From: an uncultured Candidatus Saccharibacteria bacterium
Lineage (GTDB): Bacteria > Patescibacteriota > Minisyncoccia > CAIUEV01 > JAHKAQ01
Reading direction: 5' to 3'
Length of the DNA stretch: 64,000 nucleotides
Assembly: GCA_964598205.1 (NCBI GenBank)
Contig: CAZRBB010000004.1
Location: forward strand, 2,324 to 66,323
The first letter of the stretch is position 1; every line of letters begins with the position of its first letter. Position numbers and translations under genes: made by a program. Below, piece after piece: positions 45,798 through 55,625 of the stretch. A model generated the notes under the pieces. That model did not search any database and was not told where the DNA came from. It worked only from the letters and a program-made list of their open reading frames with translations.

Positions 45798-48704
45798 ATG
45801 GCTAAGGAAAAATTAATTCTAATAGACGGGAATGCTTTAGTGCACCGAGCTTTCCACGCATTACCTCCTTCACTAACCGACAGTCAGGGGCGGATGGTAA
45901 ATGGTGTCTATGGTTTTATTTTGGTTTTTTTGCGGGTGATTTCCGAATTTAAACCTGATTTTGTAGTTGCAACTTTTGATCGCAAAGGAAAAACTTTTCG
46001 ACATCGTCGCTACTCTCTTTATAAAGCGCAAAGAAAAAAGGCTCCCGACGAGCTTTATATGCAGATCCCGTTAGTTAAGGAAGTTTTAAAATCTTTTGGA
46101 ATCCCTATTTATTCCCAAAAAGGTCTAGAAGCGGACGATCTGATTGGTGCCATTGCTAAAGATTTTTCCAAGAAAAAAGACAGGGAAGTGGTGATTGTTA
46201 CTGGAGATTCCGACACTTTGCAATTGGTGAATCCAAAAGTCAAAGTCTTTGCCTTAAGGAAGGGAACTAAGGACACGGTTCTTTACGGCGAAGAAGAAGT
46301 TTTCCAAAAAATGGAACTTACTCCCTCCCAAATTGTTGACTTTAAGGCGTTGGCTGGGGATTCTTCCGACAATATTCCTGGAGCTAAAGGGATTGGCCAA
46401 AAAACAGCGGTTGGTCTTTTGCAACGATTTGGTGATCTAGAAAATATTTACGCTAATTTAGGAGAGCTACCAGTCGCTGTGGCAAAAAAATTAACCGATT
46501 CTAGGGCGGATGTTTTTTTAAGCCAAGAACTGGCAGAAATTAAAACGGATTTTAAAACTGGATTTTTGGTATCGACGGCGCGATTTTTAGGGATAGAGCC
46601 AAGGAAGGCGGAGATTTTAAAAATTTTCAAAGAGTTAGCTTTTTTTTCGCTGATCAAAAGATTGGCGCTAGATGATTCTTTTCCGTCACCAGTCCCAACA
46701 GAAACTCTAATAAAGCCGTTGTTTGAGTTTACGGAAGTAACTTCTTTGAGGGAGAAGGATTTCTTTATTCAAGAACTAAAGAAAGCTGTGGCGGCTGTTT
46801 TTTTGATTTTTCCTAGGCCTTGGTTTTTAAAATCAAAAAAAGATGTTTTTGCTTTTGGCGGGGAGTTTGTTTTTTGGGCGCCGCTAGATTCGGCCTTGGT
46901 TTTTAAAATAAAAAAAGAAGATTTTCTTTCTCTTTTTAGGATTCATAAAAACAAATCATTGATTGGGTTTGAGGTGAAACACGATTTTAAAAAATTAAAA
47001 GGCGCAGATTCAGTCCTTTCGCCTTTAAAGGATGATGTAAAAATTCTTGGTTATTTGGTTCTAGCGGGGCGTGGTGGCGTGGACCTAGCTTCTCTTTGTA
47101 AGGAAAAGAAAATTAGTCTTCCTTTTTGGGAGGCTTCGCTGAATGTTCCTAAAAAACGCCAGGAAACTCTTTTTTCTTTGGTCACAAAAGAAGAAGAAAG
47201 TGAGGCGCTAGAAAAAGAAAATCAGTTAATAGCAGAGACGGTATCGGCAATTAGAATGCTCTATCTTTTATTAAAGGAAGAATTAAAAATAATCACCAAG
47301 GAACAAAAAAAGGAAGGAATTTCGCCAATACCTTATTCAAAAATAAAAAAAGGTTTTTGGGGATTGGATTTGGTTTATAAAAATATTGAAATGCCATTGG
47401 TTAGAGTTTTGGCTAAAATGGAGGAGAGGGGCATTGGGATTGACTTGGAGAAAGCTAAACAATTAGTAAAAGATTATTGTCTTCGGTCAGAAAAAATAAA
47501 ACAAAAGGTTTTTGGTTTGTGTCAAGAAGAATTCAATCTGGATTCTCCCCAACAGCTTTCTTTAATTTTTTATAAAAAGCTTAAATTTTCTACGCAAGGA
47601 ATCAAAAAAGGAAAAAGTGGTTTTTACTCTACCTCGGTAGATGCTTTAGAAATTTTAGCGGAGCGCTATCCGGTGGCTAAAATGGTGAAAAGTTACAGAG
47701 AATTAACCAAACTAATCAATACCTATTTAGAACCTTTGCCGGAGTTGGTGAATCAAAAAACGGGACGAGTGTATGCTGGGTTTAATCAAGAGGTAACAAC
47801 CACCGGTCGGCTTTCTTCTAGCAATCCTAATATTCAAAACATTCCAACACGGACTGCTGCTGGAAAAAAAATTAGAGGAATTTTTAGGGCAGAAGAAGGT
47901 TTTTCCCTTTTTTCTTTTGACTATTCACAGATAGAGTTAAGGCTGGCTGCCCATTATTCAGGGGATAAAACAATGCGACGAGTTTTTTTAGAAAACGGCG
48001 ACATTCACAAAACAACAGCGGCCGAGGTTGGAGGAATTACAGAAGAAAAAGTAACTTCCAAAATGCGGAGCGCTGCCAAAGAATTGAATTTTGGATTAAT
48101 TTACGGGATGGGTAGTTATGGATTTTCTCGGGCGGCGGGGATTTCTCGTTCCGCGGGAAAAGAATTTATTGAACGATATTGGCAAAAATTTCCAGCGGTT
48201 GCTTCTTATTTAGAAGAAGCAAAAAAAGTGGCTCAGAAAAATGGTTTCGTGGAAACTTTGTTTGGGCGTCGTCGGAGTATTCCAGAAACACGCTCCCCAA
48301 ATTGGCAGGTAAGAGCTTCTGCGGAACGAATGGCGGTGAACATGCCATTGCAGGGAACGGCGGCCGATATTTTAAAATTAGCAATGGTGAGGATAGATTG
48401 TTTTTTGGGGGAGAAGGGGTTGGAAGATGAATTTAAAATGTTAGCTTCAGTACACGATGAAATCCTTTTTGAAGTTAAAAAAGGCACCAAAGAAAAAATT
48501 ATTCTAGAGGTTAAAAGAATAATGGAACAAGTGGTGGAGCTGGCCGTTCCGCTAAAGGTAGATGTAAAAAGTGGAGAAAATTGGGAAGAAATGGAGTCTT
48601 GTGTGTGGGCCGGGAGGGATTTGAACCCCCGTAGGCGTAAGCCGGCAGATTTACAGTCTGGCGCGTTTGACCACTCCGCAACCGACCCAACTTTTGGATT
48701 ATAA
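45798..48704 (+). CDS. polA: DNA polymerase I (5'-3' exonuclease + polymerase)
   Basis: N-terminal LILIDGNALVHRAFHALPP. Polymerase motifs RRSAKELNFGLIYGMG and SVHDEILFEV. The start is set at the ATG (MAKEK). The six-frame ORF begins 9 nt upstream at 45789. There is no in-frame stop until 48704, so the last 28 or so codons are antisense to tRNA-Tyr. Confidence 0.9.
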   Translation: MAKEKLILIDGNALVHRAFHALPPSLTDSQGRMVNGVYGFILVFLRVISEFKPDFVVATFDRKGKTFRHRRYSLYKAQRKKAPDELYMQIPLVKEVLKSFGIPIYSQKGLEADDLIGAIAKDFSKKKDREVVIVTGDSDTLQLVNPKVKVFALRKGTKDTVLYGEEEVFQKMELTPSQIVDFKALAGDSSDNIPGAKGIGQKTAVGLLQRFGDLENIYANLGELPVAVAKKLTDSRADVFLSQELAEIKTDFKTGFLVSTARFLGIEPRKAEILKIFKELAFFSLIKRLALDDSFPSPVPTETLIKPLFEFTEVTSLREKDFFIQELKKAVAAVFLIFPRPWFLKSKKDVFAFGGEFVFWAPLDSALVFKIKKEDFLSLFRIHKNKSLIGFEVKHDFKKLKGADSVLSPLKDDVKILGYLVLAGRGGVDLASLCKEKKISLPFWEASLNVPKKRQETLFSLVTKEEESEALEKENQLIAETVSAIRMLYLLLKEELKIITKEQKKEGISPIPYSKIKKGFWGLDLVYKNIEMPLVRVLAKMEERGIGIDLEKAKQLVKDYCLRSEKIKQKVFGLCQEEFNLDSPQQLSLIFYKKLKFSTQGIKKGKSGFYSTSVDALEILAERYPVAKMVKSYRELTKLINTYLEPLPELVNQKTGRVYAGFNQEVTTTGRLSSSNPNIQNIPTRTAAGKKIRGIFRAEEGFSLFSFDYSQIELRLAAHYSGDKTMRRVFLENGDIHKTTAAEVGGITEEKVTSKMRSAAKELNFGLIYGMGSYGFSRAAGISRSAGKEFIERYWQKFPAVASYLEEAKKVAQKNGFVETLFGRRRSIPETRSPNWQVRASAERMAVNMPLQGTAADILKLAMVRIDCFLGEKGLEDEFKMLASVHDEILFEVKKGTKEKIILEVKRIMEQVVELAVPLKVDVKSGENWEEMESCVWAGRDLNPRRRKPADLQSGAFDHSATDPTFGL
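48606..48688 (-). tRNA. tRNA-Tyr (GTA), long variable arm, CCA not encoded
   Basis: GGGTCGGTTGCGGAGTGGTCAAACGCGCCAGACTGTAAATCTGCCGGCTTACGCCTACGGGGGTTCAAATCCCTCCCGGCCCA. Confidence 0.8.
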
Positions 48705-48789
48705 AGAAAAGAGAATTAAAATTCAACCTATGGAAAAAGTTTTAGTGTTTGTTATATTTAATTAGATTTAATTATTTTAAAAAAAAACA

Positions 48790-49767
48790 ATGATTGTCCC
48801 TTCTTCCTTAAATATCCTAACTACCCAAAAATGTAATGCCAAGTGTAATTTTTGTGAGTTTTCTTGCAAAAAGGAAGGCCCTTTTATAAAGGAAGATCTA
48901 TTTTATAAAATAATTTCCGAAAGCCAAGAGATCGGTGTTGAAAGAATTATTTTTGACGGAGGAGAGTTTCTTTACCATCCGAAGGCAGAAAACATAATCA
49001 GGTTTATGGGAAAGGTGGGGGCCCATGGTTACCTTCTGACCAACGGACTTTTGTTTTCTCGTTATGCAAAGATTCTTTTAGAAAATAATATTAAAGAAGT
49101 TGTTTTTGGTATAGATAGTTTTAATCCAGCAACAAACGATAGAATAAAAGGAGTAAAAGGGATTACTCTAGCGGCTATTAAGGGAATAGAAGAGGCCAGG
49201 AAGCTTGGGTTCAAAGTTGGATTGCACATTGTTCTTTCGGCGCAAAATGTTGCTGATTTTCCCAAGTATTTAGAATTTGCGGCATCAATACAAGCAACGC
49301 CTTTAATGGTTTCTTCGGTAAATTTAACGGGGAGGGGATTGGAAAATGAAAAAGAATTAGCTTTGAGTTCTTTGCAAAAAAGATTTGTTAGGGGTGCTTA
49401 TCGTCATTATTTTCATTATTTTCGGGGAGCTTCCGGTTTTTTTGCTTACAGAAACGATTCACCGCCCCAAGAAACAATGGAACAATATCGGAAATCGGTG
49501 CGAGGGTGTAAATATTTTTCTGGAAATACTCTAGCAGTTGATTGGAACGGATCCGTTCCCTTTTGTGCCATGGAACCAAGCCTGGAGAGCGACAGTAAGT
49601 TCCCCAAATTTTCTATAGAGGAACATGGATTAAAAGGAGCGATTATTCAAAGAGAAAATCTAAAAAAGAAAATGGAACAAAAAATAGAAAAGAAAAAGAA
49701 CGAACGGCTTTTAAATGGAGAGCATAATTGTTATGCTTGCTACGGTTATTTTAAAGAAGGTGTTTAA
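48790..49767 (+). CDS. Radical SAM enzyme with C-terminal SPASM/twitch-type Cys cluster (paralog 1)
   Basis: CNAKCNFC (CxxxCxxC) at residues 15-22. C-terminal CKYFSGNTLAVDWNGSVPFC and CYAC. Confidence 0.8.
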   Translation: MIVPSSLNILTTQKCNAKCNFCEFSCKKEGPFIKEDLFYKIISESQEIGVERIIFDGGEFLYHPKAENIIRFMGKVGAHGYLLTNGLLFSRYAKILLENNIKEVVFGIDSFNPATNDRIKGVKGITLAAIKGIEEARKLGFKVGLHIVLSAQNVADFPKYLEFAASIQATPLMVSSVNLTGRGLENEKELALSSLQKRFVRGAYRHYFHYFRGASGFFAYRNDSPPQETMEQYRKSVRGCKYFSGNTLAVDWNGSVPFCAMEPSLESDSKFPKFSIEEHGLKGAIIQRENLKKKMEQKIEKKKNERLLNGEHNCYACYGYFKEGV

Positions 49768-49778
49768 AAAAGAGATTA

Positions 49779-50759
49779 ATGAAAATCAATTCTTTTTCTG
49801 TTATTTTAACTTATCGTTGCAATTTAAATTGTAGTTATTGTTTGAGAGAGCCGAATAGTCTTTTGGGTGATATTCCTTTTTCTTTTTTAAAATCTTTGAT
49901 TCTTTCTTTTAAAAAGAAAGGTCTCCTAAGTGTTTCTTTAACTGGAGGAGAGGCAACGGTCTATCCTTATTTTTGGGAGCTGATGGATTTTTTAGAAGAT
50001 CAAGGATTGAGGGTTTTTATTGAGTCTAATGGGGTTAACCTGAATCTAAAATTTTTAAAAAGACTGATCAGAAAAATTCCTAAAGAAAAGCTAAGCTTTC
50101 TGATTAGCTTAGATAGTTACAAGGCCAGTGTTCATGATGCTTGTAGAGGGTCGGGGTCTTTTGCTAAAGCGGTGATGGCAATAAAAAACATAAGATCCTT
50201 GGGGATTCCAGCAGCTACCAATATGGTAATTAGCGGTAGCAATCCTCCTAGCTTGATGGATTTTTTTAATTATTTTGATTTTTTAGTTGATCTTGGGGTT
50301 TCTACGAGTCATCTCTCTTTGGTGGTTGACATGGGGAGAGGCAAGAAGGAGTTTAGGAAAATAAATCCTCAAAAGATAGTTCAGATTGGAAAATCGGTTG
50401 TTAGGTTTAGAAACAGATATAAAGATAAAATAAAGATAGAAACCGGCGGTCTAACTTCTTTTATTCCCCAAAAATTAAAAGCAGGAAATGATTACGGATC
50501 TATTATTGAATGCGGAAGGATGAATAATCCCTGTTTTTCTTTTAAAGGGATCCATCCTTGTTTATACCTGGATGACTTTTTTATTTTGGACAATAAAAAT
50601 AATAATTTTGATTTTTTGCGTCAATTTAGGTTTTTAAGGAATTTTCTAATGATTAAAAAAGGCATTAAGAATGCTGCTTGTACTACCTGCGTTGAGTTGT
50701 TTTGTGAATTCAAAAAATCACCCAAGAAGTTTATTGATTTTGAGGTAGACACCGAATAA
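49779..50759 (+). CDS. Radical SAM enzyme with C-terminal SPASM-like Cys cluster (paralog 2)
   Basis: CNLNCSYC at residues 14-21. C-terminal ECGRMNNPCFSFKGIHPC and CTTCVELFC. Confidence 0.8.
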   Translation: MKINSFSVILTYRCNLNCSYCLREPNSLLGDIPFSFLKSLILSFKKKGLLSVSLTGGEATVYPYFWELMDFLEDQGLRVFIESNGVNLNLKFLKRLIRKIPKEKLSFLISLDSYKASVHDACRGSGSFAKAVMAIKNIRSLGIPAATNMVISGSNPPSLMDFFNYFDFLVDLGVSTSHLSLVVDMGRGKKEFRKINPQKIVQIGKSVVRFRNRYKDKIKIETGGLTSFIPQKLKAGNDYGSIIECGRMNNPCFSFKGIHPCLYLDDFFILDNKNNNFDFLRQFRFLRNFLMIKKGIKNAACTTCVELFCEFKKSPKKFIDFEVDTE

Positions 50760-50761
50760 AT

Positions 50762-51925
50762 TTACGGTGGGTTACTTGCAGAAGGTTGGAGGATTCCTTG
50801 GGCATCGCACCAATTGGGGTTTCTGTCCCAAAAATCACGGCAGTAGCAGGAATAAGAGTTGTTGCCTTTTAGGACGCCTTGATTAGCTTGGAGGGCTGGT
50901 TTTCCTTGTGGTCCCCAAACGCTAGCGGATACGGCACCAAAAAGGGCGGGAACATTTGCCATAGCAGCGCAAATATTACCGACCTTGCCTCCTCCTCCAC
51001 AACTATTATTGGAATATCCGGCGCCTGGATCGTAAAGCCGGTAACAAGGATGACAGAATTGTTTAGCAATAACATCTGGATGGTCCCAGTATTTTTGACT
51101 AACAGCAGTGGTGTTCTTCTCCATGCAATGACACATTGATCCTTTAACATTACTGGTGAGATTTCGATAAAGAGTCCAGCACCAATGGGCCCCTTGGCTT
51201 TCATCGGTTCCTGCCCCGTAAAGATTCGACTGGGCGTTGTCTAGGTCACTGTCGTAATAGGCACATTCATTGAGATCGGTATAGCAAGTGGCTGAGCATT
51301 CGGGCCATATTCCTAGCCAGCCACGAATACCACCATTTGGTCCGGTGTCGTCAACTAACCCTGGGCACTCTGCTTTAGGAAAAGTTTTGATGGTTCCGGC
51401 GGTGGCGAGTTTATTGCAAACAATAAATGGTTTAATCACGGAAGAGGTAGAGATGCTATTTACGGTGGCGCCAACCGCTCTGGTTTTAGTGCTGGCATCG
51501 GAAAAATTGTCAGCGATTATTTGCGATCCTTTGGTAAAAATAGCGGTGGCTAAAAGGGGACTGGCGCAGTCGTCGGTTAGGGTAGCCGTTGCTTGGGTTA
51601 GTTGTTTATAGATAAATGTTTCAGCTTGATAATAATCGCAGTAGTAATCTTTAATGTTTTTGGCAAACATTTTATAAAGAGCCGGTCCGGCGGTTGTTGT
51701 GCTACCGTTTTCTAGTGCTGCCTTTCTACCCCACAGAGCACATTCAGCGGCTTCGTCTGCCTTTTGGTAGGCGGTTTCCGAAGAGTCCAAGGATTTAGAG
51801 GTTTTCTTTTTAGAAATGGTTAATTGGCTAATTCCAATAATAGAAATAGTCATTAGGGTGGCAATAATCAAAGCCAAAATAATCATGGCGGCTCCTTTTT
51901 CTTTTTTATTCGTTTTGTTATTCAT
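50762..51925 (-). CDS. Membrane-anchored, extremely Cys-rich extracellular protein heading the minus-strand pilin operon
   Basis: N-terminal hydrophobic anchor KGAAMIILALIIATLMTISIIG, which is pilin-like but has no E+5. More than 20 Cys in the C-terminal 250 aa (CPGLVDD, PECSATCYTDLNECAYY, SMCHCME, FCHPCY, SCGGGG, NICAAM, SYSCYCRDF, NWCDAQG). Confidence 0.55.
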   Translation of the reverse strand: MNNKTNKKEKGAAMIILALIIATLMTISIIGISQLTISKKKTSKSLDSSETAYQKADEAAECALWGRKAALENGSTTTAGPALYKMFAKNIKDYYCDYYQAETFIYKQLTQATATLTDDCASPLLATAIFTKGSQIIADNFSDASTKTRAVGATVNSISTSSVIKPFIVCNKLATAGTIKTFPKAECPGLVDDTGPNGGIRGWLGIWPECSATCYTDLNECAYYDSDLDNAQSNLYGAGTDESQGAHWCWTLYRNLTSNVKGSMCHCMEKNTTAVSQKYWDHPDVIAKQFCHPCYRLYDPGAGYSNNSCGGGGKVGNICAAMANVPALFGAVSASVWGPQGKPALQANQGVLKGNNSYSCYCRDFWDRNPNWCDAQGILQPSASNPP

Positions 51926-51950
51926 GTTTTGGGTATCTTTATGGGAAAAA

Positions 51951-52460
51951 TTAAGGAATTAAATTGTAGCTTCTTAGGGAAGTGGTCATTTGAAAAGGAA
52001 TGGTGATGTCTTCTGGGGAATCTTTAATAATAATATTAAAGACAATAGTTACTCGATTAAATCCGTCTACTCCCTCAGTATTTACTATTTTAAAATCCGA
52101 AATTTTAAAATTAGGGAAGTAAGATTCAATAGTTGCTTGGTTTAGAGTTATTAGGATTTCGCTATAGGTTTTTCCGTTTTCTTTGCGCCAGTTAAAAATA
52201 ATAGAGCTGGCAGGAACATTTGTAAGTTCGCTCATTCTAATTTGTTTGGAAATTTCCAGAACGGCTGCTTGAGCTTGAGCCTGAGCGGTTTGAATATTTT
52301 TTAACCGCAAAGAAGAAGTAGTAAGTGCGCGAGTAATCGAGGTTAAAGAAATAGCCACAAAAGAAAGAATAGCCACTACTACTAGCATTTCTATTAGGCT
52401 AAAGCCTTTTTGTTTTTCTTGTTTAATTTTTTGTTTTTTAGATTTCATTCGGGTCGCCAA
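51951..52460 (-). CDS. Prepilin-type pseudopilin / minor pilin
   Basis: KQKG then FSLIEMLVVVAILSFV. Confidence 0.7.
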   Translation of the reverse strand: MATRMKSKKQKIKQEKQKGFSLIEMLVVVAILSFVAISLTSITRALTTSSLRLKNIQTAQAQAQAAVLEISKQIRMSELTNVPASSIIFNWRKENGKTYSEILITLNQATIESYFPNFKISDFKIVNTEGVDGFNRVTIVFNIIIKDSPEDITIPFQMTTSLRSYNLIP

Positions 52461-53167
52461 TCATAAAGACATTTAGTAACTCTTACTCGGTGTAATGTTT
52501 TATTATTCTCTAACCATAGTAGATTATCATTAGCATTGCCTGGCCAGCTGTTTTCCCAAAACTCTGACCAGTAGACAGTGACTACCACTAGGGCACCACC
52601 TTGACCGTCTACTACTTCGCAGTTGTAGGTGATATCGAAAGCAGGAGAAGGGCTGACGCCATCTCTGTAAGTGGAAGTAAGGATTTGAATCTTGCGAATA
52701 AATTGGCGGGTGGCAGTGTTAATATTACATATCTGGTAATTTCCGGTTGCAGCAGCGCGACAAAGGCCGGCGCGATTATTATTAAAAGCGTAAGTACCAC
52801 TTCCTATATTGAAATTATTGACATAGGTACTGACGGTGTTATCTAAGGCGTAAGCATTTCTTGCTGGTGGGTTAGTGATGTGGTTAATTTGGTTAAATCC
52901 ATTCAAGGGAGTTACCGAATTTCTTAGACACCAGTTGTCTCCGGTGTCGCGGATGTTTCTAACCAGCTCTACGCCTTCTTGGGCTAAGGCGGCGGCAGTG
53001 ATTTCGTTTTTGGTAACAGAAGAAAGTCGTAAATTTCTAGTAATCAAAACAAGGCCAGTGGTTAGGGAAAGGCTAATAATGGCAATGGCTACCAAAAGTC
53101 CAACAATGGTAAACCCTTGATCTTGGGAATAGCTTTTGATTTTTTTGTGATTCGGTTTTAAGATCAT
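52445..53167 (-). CDS. Prepilin-like minor pilin lacking Glu at +5
   Basis: QDQG then FTIVGLLVAIAIISLS, with G at +5. Cys-containing C-terminal domain. Confidence 0.6.
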   Translation of the reverse strand: MILKPNHKKIKSYSQDQGFTIVGLLVAIAIISLSLTTGLVLITRNLRLSSVTKNEITAAALAQEGVELVRNIRDTGDNWCLRNSVTPLNGFNQINHITNPPARNAYALDNTVSTYVNNFNIGSGTYAFNNNRAGLCRAAATGNYQICNINTATRQFIRKIQILTSTYRDGVSPSPAFDITYNCEVVDGQGGALVVVTVYWSEFWENSWPGNANDNLLWLENNKTLHRVRVTKCLYDWRPE

Positions 53168-53215
53168 TGTTTTTGAGTTTTTTTGGTTTTATTTTTACCT
53201 AACAACTGCTTTTGT

Positions 53216-53713
53216 TTATTGAACATCGATAGAAGTAGTGGTTACATTGATGGTGAAAATGGTATTGGGATCGGCACAGGCATTGTCTCCACAGACTCTA
53301 ATGGCGCAAGGGGCGACACTACGGGTCATTTCGGCATGAGGAGGACTAAAATAGATAGTAGCGTTCTCTAAGAGGATTCCGTCTGTTGCAGGAATGGTTA
53401 CTGTTTTTAGGTTGATAACATTATTATTGGGATTGACTGAGCCAATCTTATAGGTGTTTCCTCCGGTTATAGAAAACACAAAACTCTCAGGAACAACGCT
53501 ACCAGGAGGGACATTTTCCCCGGTTAAGGCGTAATTGCGAGCTTGTTCAATCATATCTTTTATTTGCTGGGCTCTGATTTGAGCTCGTTTTACTCTTGTT
53601 GATTGCTGCCATTTGATTACTCCTCCTGTCACTAAAAGACCAATAATTACCACAACAACCAAGACTTCTATGATTGTAAAGCCATTCTTTGATTTTGTTT
53701 TTTGATTATTCAA
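53216..53713 (-). CDS. Type IV pilin
   Basis: KSKNG then FTIIEVLVVVVIIGLLV. C-terminal disulfide pair CAIRVCGDNACADP. Confidence 0.75.
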   Translation of the reverse strand: MNNQKTKSKNGFTIIEVLVVVVIIGLLVTGGVIKWQQSTRVKRAQIRAQQIKDMIEQARNYALTGENVPPGSVVPESFVFSITGGNTYKIGSVNPNNNVINLKTVTIPATDGILLENATIYFSPPHAEMTRSVAPCAIRVCGDNACADPNTIFTINVTTTSIDVQ

Positions 53714-53796
53714 TTTTGTTTGGAAAGCATTTTTTTATATGGTAATATCTTACTATGTTTTTAGGAAAAGTGAAAATTAAATAAAAATCAAAAATA

Positions 53797-54879
53797 ATGC
53801 TTTCTTCTTTGGGTAGTATAATCAATAGTTCCAAGAATAGTTCTATTGGAATTGATATTGGAACTTCTTCCATTAAAATAGTTCATTTAAGTGGCTCAAC
53901 AGAAAAAGTGGTTTTGGAAAATTTTGTAATTGCTAGGCTTAAAGAAGGCTTGATTCAAAATAGCAATCAGATTATTGCCGGAAAGCAAATTGCTCAAATT
54001 ATTAAAGTGGCAATGGAAAAGGGCGGTATTAAATCGGGAACTATTTCTTTTTCTATTCCTACTTTTTCTTCTTTTTCTTCTTTTATTACTCTTCCGCGAT
54101 CAGATGAAGAAAATTTGGCCAGCAAGGTAGAAATAGAGGCTCGGAAATATATTCCCGTTCCTCTTTCTGAAGTTTCTTTGGGTTGGGAAATAGTTCCCGA
54201 CAACTACAAGCCGCGCTCCATGGAAATAAAATCCCAAGAAAAAATAATAAAAATACTTTTAATGGCAGTTTCTAAGGACATTATTCAAAAATATGAAGCA
54301 ATTGCCAGGAGTGCCGGATTAAACTTGGGTTCCATGGAAGTAGAAACTTTTTCCTTGATTCGTTGCTTAATAGGTCAGGATAAAACGCCTTCCTTGATTA
54401 TAGACATTGGTTCTCGGGTTTCTAATTTAATGATTGTAACAGAAGGATTTTTGCGTGGCAGTAGCAGTATTGATGTTGGCGGAGGAGAGGTGACAGAGGC
54501 TGTTGCCAGGGGAATGGGAGTTGATTTTATTAGAGCAGAAGCCCTAAAAAAAGAATGGGGAGTAGATAATCCACAGGTGGCTGAATTAATAACCCCGGTG
54601 ATTTTAAGAATTGTTCAAGGAATTAAAAAAGCAATAGAATCTTACGAAAAAAATAATCCCAGCAAAAAGATGGAAAAAATAATCTTAATAGGAGGAACAT
54701 CTAAGATGAAGGGCTTTAAAGAGTATTTAAAAAAAGAATTGAATTTAAAAATAGAAGATGGCAATTCATTGAAATTGGTTTCTGTGGAAAAATTAGTAGA
54801 ACCATTGGTGCAAAAATTTAAAGATGAATTAGCAGTAGCAGTGGGGATTGCGCTTTCTGGAATGGAAAACTTGCAATAA
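53797..54879 (+). CDS. pilM: Type IV pilus assembly protein PilM (second copy)
   Basis: SIGIDIGTSSIKIVHL N-terminus. Actin-like fold signatures. 360 aa. Confidence 0.8.
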   Translation: MLSSLGSIINSSKNSSIGIDIGTSSIKIVHLSGSTEKVVLENFVIARLKEGLIQNSNQIIAGKQIAQIIKVAMEKGGIKSGTISFSIPTFSSFSSFITLPRSDEENLASKVEIEARKYIPVPLSEVSLGWEIVPDNYKPRSMEIKSQEKIIKILLMAVSKDIIQKYEAIARSAGLNLGSMEVETFSLIRCLIGQDKTPSLIIDIGSRVSNLMIVTEGFLRGSSSIDVGGGEVTEAVARGMGVDFIRAEALKKEWGVDNPQVAELITPVILRIVQGIKKAIESYEKNNPSKKMEKIILIGGTSKMKGFKEYLKKELNLKIEDGNSLKLVSVEKLVEPLVQKFKDELAVAVGIALSGMENLQ

Positions 54880-54935
54880 AAAGACAGTTCTTATATTATT
54901 CAGTTGTGAGAAGATTTTAGAAAACTAAAATAAAA

Positions 54936-55625
54936 ATGATTAATACTGGTGGCATAAATTTTGCCAAACAGACGGGGATTTATAAAGAAGAGCAAAAAAA
55001 AGAGTTATTTGCCAAGGGATTGGTAATCTCTGTTTTTGTGTTTCTTTTTTTGGGTTTAATTTCTGGCTGGACCTATCTTTCAAAGCAAAGTCAAGAAAAG
55101 AAAATGGTGGCTCTGAATGCTGACTTGGTAAAAGAGAGGCAAAGAGATTATGGGGAATTGGCTGAATTTATGACTGATTCTGTAAAGCTGGACTTTATTG
55201 GTGATTTTTCTTTGAAGCAAAAATTTTGGAGTGGGCTTCTTGGAGAGCTTGAAAAAGGAATTTTAGTTAACTCCTATTTAAAATCATTAAAAGGAACGAC
55301 TTCTTACAATATTAAAGGATTTCTTTCTCAGGCCGTAAGCGATCCGGTGATTGCCGGATCCGCTACTATTCCAACAGTGGGGGCTACAGGAGCTATTCAA
55401 GAAGTAGATAGTCTTGTTCTTACTGTAGTTGCTCCTACGCTGAATGATATTGCAAAACAGATAGTTTCTTTAGAAGAGTCTCCAGCAATAGCTGACCTAA
55501 CAGTTATTTCTCCTTCTTTGTCCGAAGAAGGAGTTTCTTTTGAATTAAAAATTGAGCTTGTGCCTGGAGCGTGGGAAAGATCGTTTTATGCTCAAAAAGA
55601 AAATAGCCTAAATCTTGAACAATGA
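54936..55625 (+). CDS. pilN: PilN-like protein (single TM)
   Basis: TM LVISVFVFLFLGLISGW. Operon position after pilM. Confidence 0.5.
   Translation: MINTGGINFAKQTGIYKEEQKKELFAKGLVISVFVFLFLGLISGWTYLSKQSQEKKMVALNADLVKERQRDYGELAEFMTDSVKLDFIGDFSLKQKFWSGLLGELEKGILVNSYLKSLKGTTSYNIKGFLSQAVSDPVIAGSATIPTVGATGAIQEVDSLVLTVVAPTLNDIAKQIVSLEESPAIADLTVISPSLSEEGVSFELKIELVPGAWERSFYAQKENSLNLEQ

Noticed and set aside
48705-48789. 11-codon ORF MEKVLVFVIFN upstream of the first radical SAM gene, as a possible RiPP precursor
   Set aside because: It is too short, has no Cys/Gly-rich core, and has no Shine-Dalgarno sequence. It is kept only as a remote possibility in the radical SAM finding.
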